From Phoronis australis (taxonomy: Eukaryota; Animalia; Phoronida): DNA of 64,000 bases. The notes below the pieces were generated by a model. It was not told the DNA's origin. It worked only from the letters and a program-made list of their open reading frames with translations, and did not search any database. The stretch is taken from the NCBI GenBank assembly GCA_002633005.1, contig NMRA01000190.1, positions 483,926 to 547,925 of the forward strand, written 5' to 3'. The position numbers were made by a program, and so were the translations under genes. Of this stretch, positions 53,783-64,000 are shown piece by piece (the first letter of the stretch is position 1; the number at the start of each line of letters is the position of its first letter).

Positions 53783-55345
53783 GACACCTTTCATTTGCGC
53801 CACCTAGTGAGTATGGAGCCATTGGTTAGCCGCCTTTAAGGGGTCTTACCGAAACTAGCCACCATCAGGGGGGTCTTTAATTTACAACTTATTTTACCAG
53901 ACTACTTGTTAAGGCTTGTAATCTTTTGCGTCTTATCACCGTTGCGGGTATGATAGTGTCCAGTCACTCTGTCATACATGTTCTCAAGATGTGGTATTTG
54001 TGGAACAAACCCATAGGTGTCCCCAAAGGTGTATTTTAGCTTTTTTGCTTGAAGCTGTTGTTACTGACCTCTGGAAATGACGTCAGCTCGTGAAAAGTAT
54101 TGGTGTAGCATGAAATTAGATGATGCAAATCTGTGTTATATTAGTACTTTCGGCATTTAAAAACTCAATTCTCTTGCCACATTGTTTCAGTCAACTAGTA
54201 ACACGGACAAGTTTTATCGTGAAGTGTTGGATCAGTGTATTGTAATTTTTGTTCTCCATTGTAACGTGGTCACGGGAATACACGGATGTATGGCAGGCAT
54301 AGCAATGCTTGGTTTTGATGTACTTTTATTACTAAGGATACATAGGACATTTCGCCCCACACCGGTCGTTATGGTGAACTTGGAATCTTGAGCAAATTTT
54401 TGAGCAGGTAAGAAAACTGGATGTGATTGGAATTAAAAGTAGGGTTTGTTTAAAAAAGAACGTTAAATTTTTCTGCACCGTCTAAATTGAAGTTATCCAT
54501 TTGCTATGTATGAAACAATTCTGTATCATGTGCTACAGTACATGTCCTTGGAATGTTCTTCTGATAAATTTTATTATTGTGTTTTAAGATTTTGTTTTGT
54601 ATCTGCAGCTTAACAATTTCATATCTCAACAACACAATGAGACACGAAGTCTCAGTCTTACATAAGAGCATCTCGAAGCAGGGGAGATAAGTATCAAAGA
54701 ATCAACTGCAAAGTGTGACAGACTAGACAGTGAACAAGTTGCTACCATAGCTGTAAGAACGCTGATCTGATGTTTTAGTTTAGTGACTCTTGAACATTGG
54801 GTTGCTTTATAACCATCGACTCTGATGGAAGTACAAATTTCTGAGTCAATGCTAAAAAAGGTGACCATTTCATTACCAGGCTCTATAAAGCTCACCTTTT
54901 AACAGTTTTTGAAGTTCGCACTCAAATGCTCCTCGAAAGCCAGCGAGGTCACCCCTGTACATTTGATGCTGTAAGCAGTGTATCGAATCAGTGATGGGAG
55001 TCGTTTCCTTCACTGTTCACGTCGGTCTGACATCTGTTGAGATTGGGCATTATTATTCAAAATTTCTGTGAATGTTCCTCCCAGCTCACAGAAACTAAAA
55101 GCATTAGTCACCCTGTTCGCATTGAAAGCATTCAAATGCCTCCAAAAATTGGACATAACTAATGTAAACCATGCGAGTAAAAAGACTCTAAATGGACCTT
55201 ATCAACTCAATAGATAACACTGATTTTGCCTTTATAATTGTGACTAGACAAAAAGATAACCTGAAGAATTGAATTTATACAGGTATATAGTTACCACATC
55301 TCTCGGGTGAACTAAAAATGACGACTACAAGACTGAAAGAGTGAT

Positions 55346-55351
55346 TTTATT
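55346..55351 (-). terminator. Candidate polyadenylation signal of ROPN1L
   Basis: AATAAA on the - strand about 470 nt after the stop. Confidence 0.55.
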
Positions 55352-55820
55352 GAGATAACCACAATATCGAGCAATCTTGAATGCGTTTTTAACAAGGTTT
55401 AAATCCACTGTTTACACTATGTACATAACTACACCAATGAAAATCCATACAATCCTAAATTATCTTGACAGACTCCTGAATAAATTTTAACACTTAAATA
55501 ATAACGCATACAAAAAAATTTAGTTACAAATGAACAACAAAACGTTACCTGAACGTCACAATGTACACCTCAGTCAATAAAACTTCAAAGCATTGAGGGA
55601 AACCTTTGCTGATATATTTACATTAAATTAGTTGAACCTTGAATGCGCTTAACAAATCTTTTGATTTCAATGCTGGTGTTGACTTGAAAGAGTTAAGAGC
55701 ATCAAATAAAAATGCTTAAATCTTGGAATAGTTAACATCTCTGTCAACAGAATGCATAGGATGTTCATAATAAACGAAATGCATTAAACGTTCATCCAGA
55801 TGGTTTGTCGGTGCCGGCAT

Positions 55821-55887
55821 TTATGACAACTTGGGACAGTCGGGGCTGAGAAAATTTCTCGGTTGCACAAAACCTTCTTGTTTATCT
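55821..55887 (-). CDS. ROPN1L: Ropporin-1-like coding exon 5 (V-DKQEGFVQPRNFLSPDCPKLS*)
   Basis: TTTCAG acceptor, TAA stop; phases sum to 663 nt = 220 aa. Confidence 0.9.
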
Positions 55888-56742
55888 CTGAAAATGAAAT
55901 GACAGAATGCATTCGAATGCACTTTTATAACGAACCAATCTTGATCTCAAAGGAGAGTAAATGTGGGGCCAGTGAAAGTTGCTTCTGGGGTGAGTGGAAA
56001 TAAATTAAGGAATGGGCATAACTCCACGGAATGCATCACAAAATACGCGCAACACAGCGTCAACGGTCATAATAACTCTAATAGAGGAATTCGATAGTTA
56101 GGCAACATGCCAAAAACCAGAGGATATGATTGGAACAATTTCATTTAATGGCTCAATACTCAAGAACAGTGTCAACAGGCAACACATAGAACCCCATTCC
56201 TACATACGTTGTCAAACTGAATGAAAGAATTAATTGGGCTTATAAGTCATTGTTTGCATTAAGGTAAAATTGTCTGTGTGTCAGAAAAGTATTATATACA
56301 AAACAGCACTCGGAACTAATCTACCATTAATATCTAACCTTTGCTACACGAGATAAATTTAAAAACTTGTTGGAAAAGTTGTTAGCTGCATGACCACTAA
56401 TACTTCCGTCCCCTGATTGGTTACAACGCGGAACGACAACTTCCGATATAGCGTAATATCAACAACTTAAAGAGTGGAATATCACTTCATTCATACCACC
56501 CTGACGTCAGATGTCACCATTCACAATCTGACCAACAAACAGTGAACATTGCCAACAATAAACTTTTTTGAAATGCCTCGAAAAGGTTTTGTTGCAACTC
56601 AGTTTGACCATAGTAAGGAGCTGAGATAACAAGCAAAGCATATCTAAACTGACCCACATTGTTCAAGTTTCCACAAAAAATGGGACTTGTAATAGTAATG
56701 TTGTGAAATGAACCACAAATATGTCCTGCAAACATTACTTAC

Positions 56743-56918
56743 ACGTCATACTGCAGATGACTGATGACATCATTGACTTGTTCTTGAGAGATCTCTCCAT
56801 CAATACGTGCCAGGTAGGAGTAGATTTCCTTGAAAAGTGGGAAGGGTATACGGGCAGCAGCGCCCTCTGGATCAGCCGTCAATATCTCACACACAAACTT
56901 CATTGCATTGGTGATGTT
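56743..56918 (-). CDS. ROPN1L: Ropporin-1-like coding exon 4 (NITNAMKFVCEILTADPEGAAARIPF...LQYD)
   Basis: 176 nt, AG/GTAAGT boundaries; conserved CEILT.DPEG..ARIPF motif. Confidence 0.94.
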
Positions 56919-57591
56919 CTGAAAAACAGACAGGATAGTCAGAGAAGCCCTTTGTTCAACTTTCCTGTTTACATTTGAAGGAGATGAAGCAAAATCAGAA
57001 GTACACGTACGCCATGTTTAAAAGAAATGAGATAATTATAGCGTACATGCATGTACTTCACAGAAGGATCCTGATTTATGTTCAACTGGTCGGAAGGAAT
57101 CGATCATTCAAGTTTTTCAATAATGCCAGCTCATTCTACTGAGCTCTCAATTTCACTGCATGGTTTGGGGTATCAGATAAGCACTCTATGGTGCAGTTGG
57201 GTTACACTACTCAAATCGCTCCACTGTATTGCACAGGCAGGTTACACAATATACGTTGGGACAGATCAGTAAATGAGCAGGCACATTATTTCTCTGTTCT
57301 GTTATACTAACAGATTTTTGTCATTCAAACAACGAAAAAGTTCAATTTTCATGAGAAATTTAGTTTTTATATTCTGCAAAATCTAGAATGGTCGAGAAAT
57401 AATGTTGCCACAAACTGGTAGCACTTATCGCCAAGAGCCTTGTCTCCTAATCCTCAGCCACTGTGGCAACTGGCACTGTAATTCAAACGGGTAACAAGCA
57501 TTCATAGTGGATGTTGCCGGGAAATTCGATGTAACGCCTAATTGCTGAGAATCAAAACACAATGTTATTACATAAAACATGTGGATCTTAC

Positions 57592-57753
57592 ATCTCCTAA
57601 GGATGAGCAGGCCAGAGCAAAAAACTTCAACCACTCGACATCAGCTCCAAAGTTGCCTATCCTACACAAGTCGTCGAACAGTTCCTGTGGCAATGACAAA
57701 TGGTTCCATTTCTCTTGGATGAGATTGATGGGCACCAGCTTCTTTGGGCCAAG
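57592..57753 (-). CDS. ROPN1L: Ropporin-1-like coding exon 3 (LGPKKLV...EWLKFFALACSSLGD)
   Basis: 162 nt, TTACAG and GTAAGA boundaries. Confidence 0.94.
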
Positions 57754-58570
57754 CTGTAAACACAGGTTCAAAGTTCAATGTTAATATACACCTTATTACC
57801 TTTGCAGACCACTGCTGCATATCCAGAAATTTAGGCCCATGTGCCTGTATAGAAAGCTGTGTCTATTCCACATACAGGGAAATTGTATGCACCTTCATGA
57901 GAAACATTTGCTTAAAACTAAGGAGAAAGACAACATAATAGCATGTGAGTTATACTAGGTGTATTCACTACTAGACATCGCTGTGTTATTCATTTAAAAA
58001 AGAAAGGTTACCAAAGGTGGACAGGAAAAACATCTATTTGCCTGCATACATAAGTGAAGGTCAGTGACATATGTGTCTTCCAATGTATGACACATTATTT
58101 GAGATATTGGAACATATTTCAGTTATTGCCTCATACAGAATGGCAACACTTTTTCAAATTAGAACACACTGTGAAAAAGAAGACTTAGTTTCCTCTAATT
58201 CCTCAACAAAATATACTCCACTTTAGCACTAGCCTTCAACATTTTCAGCAATTTAATAGCAATCAAAAATTAGAAAACCAAATTTTTGGCAAGAACATGA
58301 AAACTTAAGAAATTTTATTACTTAAAAGGTTTAAAGAGGACAATAAAGATTTGCATAAAAAATCTCAAAGGTAACTGACTTAAGATCTGGTAGTAATTAT
58401 GAGATCAAGTCACTATCGGTTACACATGATGTATACATCATGAATTAAATACATTATATACAGCTCAGGCAACAGGAAGCATGATACGATAACCATGTAA
58501 ACAGGACACAGTGCCCTGTGTATTAGGGTCTGCAGTTCATCCCCTGTGAACACTAATGAAGACAGTCTAC

Positions 58571-58694
58571 CTGTTTGTTTAGAACTTTAAGTAAGCCAGG
58601 TGTTAATCCAGTGTCTGTCTTCTGTGTGGCTATTGGCATCTCTAGTCTGTCTTTGACTGGTGGTGTTTCACCCTTCGACATGGCCTTGAAATAT
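58571..58694 (-). CDS. ROPN1L: Ropporin-1-like coding exon 2 (YFKAMSKGETPPVKDRLEMPIATQKTDTGLTPGLLKVLNKQ)
   Basis: 124 nt, CCCAG and GTAGAC boundaries; strong ROPN1L similarity. Confidence 0.95.
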
Positions 58695-58789
58695 CTGGGT
58701 AGTCACAAAAACAACATAATTAAAGTAAATGAGAGCCGTACCAGACCAATCCAGTGAACAACTTTTCTATTACATCTGTGTGAACAATA

Positions 58790-58870
58790 ATAGTAGCATT
58801 AAGTAGCAGTAGCTGCAATAGTCGTAGCAGAAGTAGTCATAGCAGTAGTAGTAGTAATAGTTGTAGCTGT
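58790..58870. repeat. (GTA/GCA)n simple repeat
   Basis: Seen directly, in a ROPN1L intron. Confidence 0.8.
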
Positions 58871-59173
58871 AATTTTAAGTGCTACATGGGACTTCAGTTA
58901 AGTGCAACAAAATACCTTAAAAATGACAAAAAAGTGCTAAAACCTATTCTTCTATGCAGCTTGGGCACTACGGAGCTATGTTTTTTCCAAATTTCACCAT
59001 TGCAAAAAACTTTGCAAGATCTTTCACAGAAAAGCCATGGTAATTTCAAGAGAGTGTATCTCCTTGAAAGACCTGTATCCCTACCATAAGTAACTTTGCA
59101 TGTTCCAAACTAAACACAGGTTTGCTCGCAACATGATCTTAAAACAGTATTCTTATTTTGTAACCTCACTTAC

Positions 59174-59307
59174 GCGAACGACCAAGCAAGGACATCCTTG
59201 GGCTGAGTCCTGATAGCTGCTTTGGTGAATTGTTTCAGAATGTCCGGCAACTCAGGTGGAATCTTGATCTGCTCAGAACAGTAGTAAGGTTCATCAGGAC
59301 CCGGCAT
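59174..59307 (-). CDS. ROPN1L: Ropporin-1-like coding exon 1, RIIa docking/dimerisation domain (MPGPDEPYYCSEQIKIPPELPDILKQFTKAAIRTQPKDVLAWSF-A)
   Basis: Signature IPPELPDILKQFTKAAIRTQP; acceptor at 59313, ATG at 59307, donor GTAAGT. Confidence 0.96.
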
Positions 59308-62162
59308 CTTGCCTGAAGCAGAAAATATAGAAATATGTGAGACAATGCCATAGTTACAAATGACGAAATACTCCAACACACCAAAATAATTCTGCTGATA
59401 GTCTTATGAACTTCGTACTATCTAGTACAAGAACCACTGTCACCAACATCCTACGATATTACAAACACTGGTATAAGTTTGTTTTGTATGAAGCAGATCA
59501 ATTACTGTATCAGACCCACATCATAATGCAATTTCGTCGAGAAAGATCACCTCCAGCACTAGCCATTTAACGTACGCAAGCATAACCACAAGTCTTTGTA
59601 CGGTGGATGATGTAATCGAAAGTCTTAGCACATTGAACTAATGGCGTTAAAATACGGCTTTTCACTTTTGCGCTCATTTGATGGACTAATCTATAACTGG
59701 TGGTAATAACATGTCCAATTTACAGACTGAGTATATGTGATTCTACCAGTGAATGCAGACATCTATATATGGGAAAGAAGGTTACTTCACTTACGACACT
59801 GAGTGAATTTCTCAATTAAGAAGGGATCATAAAAATCACCAGGTCATGATACTGATACTCTGAACAAAAAAAATCACTTTTATAAAAACACTATTTTCTA
59901 AACTAAAGAAGAAAGTTTAATATTTCCACATTTTCACAATCAATCTTGCTACAAAGAGTATATTTCACTTCTTACAAGCAAGTCCTTTTATTACTAGCCA
60001 CCAAGTGTATGGTATTTTGAAATAATTTGAGTATCATTAAAGATTACATACATGACCAGGGAGGTCATGTGGACCACTGCATTCAATGGACAATCGTGTT
60101 TGTGTTAGAAAACTCAACCTTCCCTCCATGGTCAGCAGAAGGTGAATTTCCACCGGGCTCATCAAATTGTTGTGAAAGGCAGCAGTCATACTCAGTGAAC
60201 TCGAACGTAAAAACCATTGACAGACATTCTTTAAGTATCAACAGGTTTTCATAAGGGTCTGGTTAAGTCCCGGGGTTGTCACCCTAAACTAGCTACAAAA
60301 TTTCATGTGAAAGGGTTACTTCTTAGGCAAGGCACATTACATGTTTAGGGTATGGTTTCGACCACTTTTAAAATTTTTTATGAAAAACTTAACGTACAAT
60401 AACTGCAGTTACTCCCAGTAAGCATTATATCTGGACAATATTGACCATAAGGATGATCTTTCAACCAATTTAACGTCATTAGGGTCTTGTTTTGGGAGAA
60501 TATTTGAAAGGGTTTGGTCAGTGAGTCTCTAGTGCAGTCTTAGGATTTTTTCAAAATCCCTTGTTGAAACATATTAGTATCTGGTGACTGACCACCAAAA
60601 GCCCCGTTAACTAGTAAACATGCCTAAATCAGATGACACAAAAATACAAAAATCATATTTTCACAGAAAAAGCCACATTTGTTTCCGTTTTAACACCATT
60701 CATTCTTCTACTTAGCCACAGTCCGTTCTAGTTTGCGTTGACTTATGACAAATCAGGCCCACTGTCATCACAATCAGACTTTTGGTATATGACTTTGTAA
60801 TTGATTGTCACATACAATTAATTGTGATGTGTAGATAATTTTTTCTGAATCAACTTTCTGAGCTAAAAGTGATACCATTACAAAAACCTCCCGTTTGGTT
60901 TCAACTCCAGTTGACTGTTTCCAAATTGAGGCTAAATCCAGACATAATCTAGTTTAGCATTCTTGTTGTCTTTTGTCTGGCATCACAACTCGCAGGCCAA
61001 TACAGCAGTTCAAAGACTATTACTAAAACCAGACAGAACTACCTTTAGTAAATGAAGACGTATAAAATAGCTAATTTTTATACTATTTCCTTGGATAAAA
61101 ATTATCCTGACCTAACTTTTCATGATAAATCCAACTCCAGAACCAAACATTGTAAAAAATCACTAGTTTTAGTCCACCATATATCAATTAATTTCGATCA
61201 GTATTTCATTGCATTATCTGCTCTGGCCCACACAATAGGACTTTAGGCGACAGCTGCTCTAGTACAAATCTATTGATGAAATACCAGCGGCTTTGTAGGT
61301 TAACACAGAGCACGGCCAACATTTATTCAACTCAGAGGAAGTTATACACAAGTTTTAGACCACCGTCTACACAATCTAATCAGGCACTGGTGGAATACAC
61401 AGGTCCCCTGATTTGAAAAACCACAGGTCTGTTTTTCAATTCAGTGATTACCTTATTCTCAAAATCAGGGATCATGCAGTTATCTATTCGACTAGTGCTC
61501 TCCAGCTGTCATATACAAAATCCATACACAGTTGTATGCAGAGCTGGTGACTGAATGATAGTTCCAGTCCTGGCAAATTTCACTTGATTTTTTACTTAGA
61601 TGTGACACATCCTAATCAATCCTGAATTCTGGGAGATTTTCTGTAAATTATGCTGAACCCTAGCTTGACTATTGAAGTCAAACTACTATATGTTCCGAAT
61701 GTAGCAGGACACCTTTAGAGGCAGATGGAGTCTTTAAATCCTAAGCTCAAACAAATACTCCCGCAATCAACATTTTTATGATTAGTCATTCATTTCGTGA
61801 ACAAAATCATAAACTGAGCACTTTCTGATGTGATTGCTTTGCTGTGCATACCTATGGCATAGAGAGTGACCCAATCACTAATGCACTACACTAGTGAAAT
61901 GCCAGAGATCACTAGAGTAGAACTCAAAATTTAACGTCCAGAGTCACTACTCTCATACCTGGACAGAATAGCACTTGTTAGTGACAATGAAGAGGCATTT
62001 TAGAAAGAAATCTTAGTAAAAGTCAAGAGTTGACAGATCCCTCTTCAAAATGGTTTCCAGGACCAGTTTCCACTGAATAATCGCCATTGCCATTATTGGT
62101 GTTGTAGATGTGCTTCCGGTGAATTATATGAGCCTCTGTTAGCTACTCGCTAACGGGCAATT

Positions 62163-62410
62163 GCCTATTAGCTGAATGGTTAGCACGCTTGCCGGTTTTA
62201 TGGGGGTCGCGGGTTCGATCCCCGGGTCGGGTAATCTCGGCTATTACTACATTGGTAACTGGTTCCCAGTCCAAAGAGGGACTCATCTACATGACTTTTA
62301 TCGAAATCTCATTACCCAAGGCATTTACTGATTAGTACTTTGTTTGAGTTGTAAGCCCTGAAAGGATTGAAAAATATCAGCAACTTAGCCTTCGGCAAAG
62401 CCAAAGGTGT
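62163..62410 (+). mobile_element. tRNA-derived SINE (or tRNA pseudogene head); 3' limit uncertain
   Basis: A box TAGCTGAATGG (62169) and B box GGTTCGATCCC (62212). Acceptor stem and anticodon arm do not pair properly. Confidence 0.7.
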
Positions 62411-62701
62411 CTTCTATGCTTAAAAAGCAGAAAGGGATTTATAGCAATGTGACTTCTGGGTGGAGGGTCTATGGGATGGCCACCATCAGATGGCACCATC
62501 TGAGATATCTTCGCTTGCCCAGTTTAGACCAGACGGTTGGTCTGAGACAGTCTGTAGTAGGCCTACTTGATTGGTATCTGTCCTCTGACTCTGTGTTGTT
62601 GATCCTACCTACGCCAGCGGTTGTTCACCCGGTCAACTCTTCATTCGAACTCACGGAAATAAAAGCTGTTGAGAATGTTGATGGACGTGTTAAAAATTTA
62701 C

Positions 62702-62850
62702 CTGAACAAAGCAATGTTGTGTACCTTTTTATGAAAGATGCCGATACAACGTCTGCGAAATGTCACGGAAACCTCGATATATGCTTGTGCTCTTCGTTGT
62801 TCCTAGCAACTAGTATGCAATTGCGCATGCTCTGTGTAAAGCGGAAGTCA
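62702..62850 (-). promoter_or_regulatory. ROPN1L: Probable ROPN1L promoter and non-coding exon 1
   Basis: CAG|GTAAAT donor at 62701. RFX X-box-like GTTGTTCCTAGCAAC (62796-62810) and GTCACGGAAAC (62762), NRF1-like TGCGCATGC (62822), ETS GCGGAAGT (62841). Confidence 0.55.
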
Positions 62851-63715
62851 TACTTTACCAACACAAAAATTTAGTGTAATGTATATTTATGAAACTAAAT
62901 AATATAAAGCTGTATTGTTAAACATACTTCAACATTTTGAAATTTAATTTTAATTTTAATATTATATTAAACTTAAATTGTACATAAATGTACATTATAA
63001 TAAAATAATATTACTTTGTCATTATAAATGTTTAAGCTCTGTTTTTATAAAAGCTAACCGAAGTTTCGTATCCTGTTTAAACACTTCTAATTACCGTAAA
63101 ATTTTCTTTTTAATTTTTCATTATTTGCTTTAAACATTATATCTCAAATTTTCATGACATTTTAGACCATTCTCAATGTTTTGTCATTTAATTGAAATCC
63201 GAAAAGCGGCTAATCTTTCCCGCCATATTGCGCTGTTGTCTGCTATCAAAAGCAGACGATTATTGGCCTGGGTTCAGCGGGTAAAATATTGGGCTTCGTT
63301 TCATGTCCATTTAGGAAACGAATTAACACTATCTCCAAACATATGGCTACTTCTACACTTAAAAGACCACAAAGTACTGGGACGGTAATTTAAAAGTGAC
63401 GAATTTTATATTTTAGTTTCTTCTCTGCTTTTTAATAGGATTACACTTCAAGCCAAGGCGACTCTCGACTGGGATGCGTTCTGTAGCCGCAAGACACTCG
63501 CGAGTAGGCCTAAAGCTAATGTTTTAGTCAATGAGCTATAGGCTATATAAATTTATCTCATTGGTGGTGATGTACTTAGCTTGTAATGCATGACAATATC
63601 TTGCCAAGACTTGTGATGTATTTTTTTTCACAAGAAACTTGCTCTACACAGTAGGCCTACACTACACTATGCAGAAATATAGTCCGGTTACCTATTTTCG
63701 TCAGGCTCCAAAGTT

Positions 63716-63975
63716 CGTCCGCCATCTTGTTTCGCGTGCAGCGCAACCACGCGGGACTTAGCGTTCCAATTTGGAGTGCTCGTCTGCACGTTAGGTACTA
63801 ACCTCTCGGGAGAAACACGTATCAAAGTAATGAGACAAAAATCGGTGAGTTTACCGATTGTTTTTTAAAACCACTTAAAAATCAGTAGATTTCACTAATA
63901 CACTTTTTTGTGCGTTTTCAGAAGATGTTTTCGAATTTAAATTTTCTTCCGACGGGACACAAAACATGATCCAGG
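63716..63975 (+). other. Probable 5' end of an unidentified divergent + strand gene
   Basis: CpG-rich patch with YY1 motif CGCCATCTT. Donor GTGAGT at 63845, acceptor TTTTCAG at 63921, possible ATG ATC CAG G|GTTTGT at 63966. Confidence 0.45.
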
Positions 63976-64000
63976 GTTTGTTTATGCAATGTATCTGTTT

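Noticed and set aside
62163-62233. Functional tRNA gene
   Set aside because: A and B boxes are present but the acceptor and anticodon stems do not form.
62407-62874. 155-aa + strand ORF
   Set aside because: GTG start, overlaps repeat and promoter sequence, no recognisable domain.

Overview
AT-rich animal genomic DNA, most likely from a mollusc, because the Kv1 N-terminus closely resembles Aplysia AKv1.1 as I recall it. Three protein-coding genes can be reconstructed by hand. (1) A Shaker/Kv1 potassium channel on the - strand, with an intronless core ORF at 9277-10806 (509 aa). (2) SNRNP70 (U1-70K) on the + strand, 8 coding exons over 11870-53637 (366 aa), with unusually large introns. (3) ROPN1L/ropporin-like on the - strand, 5 coding exons at 55821-59307 (220 aa). 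The main observation is that Kv1 and SNRNP70 appear interleaved in antisense. An internal phase-2 acceptor in the Kv1 ORF (10711) can accept alternative N-terminal exons lying inside SNRNP70 introns. The best candidates are a 359-nt fully open exon at 22043-22401 and a 105-nt ATG exon at 33757-33861, plus several short candidates. The pair also mirrors the human KCNA7-SNRNP70 head-to-head neighbourhood. The SNRNP70 intron after the ...ERDMH exon carries a dense cluster of 5' splice-site-like motifs and two stop-introducing poison-exon candidates, resembling vertebrate U1-70K/U1C autoregulation. Also present are hAT-like MITEs, tRNA-derived SINE heads, a 34-bp minisatellite and a 1.1-kb duplication at an N that is probably an assembly artefact. 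All gene models are manual and have no transcript evidence.
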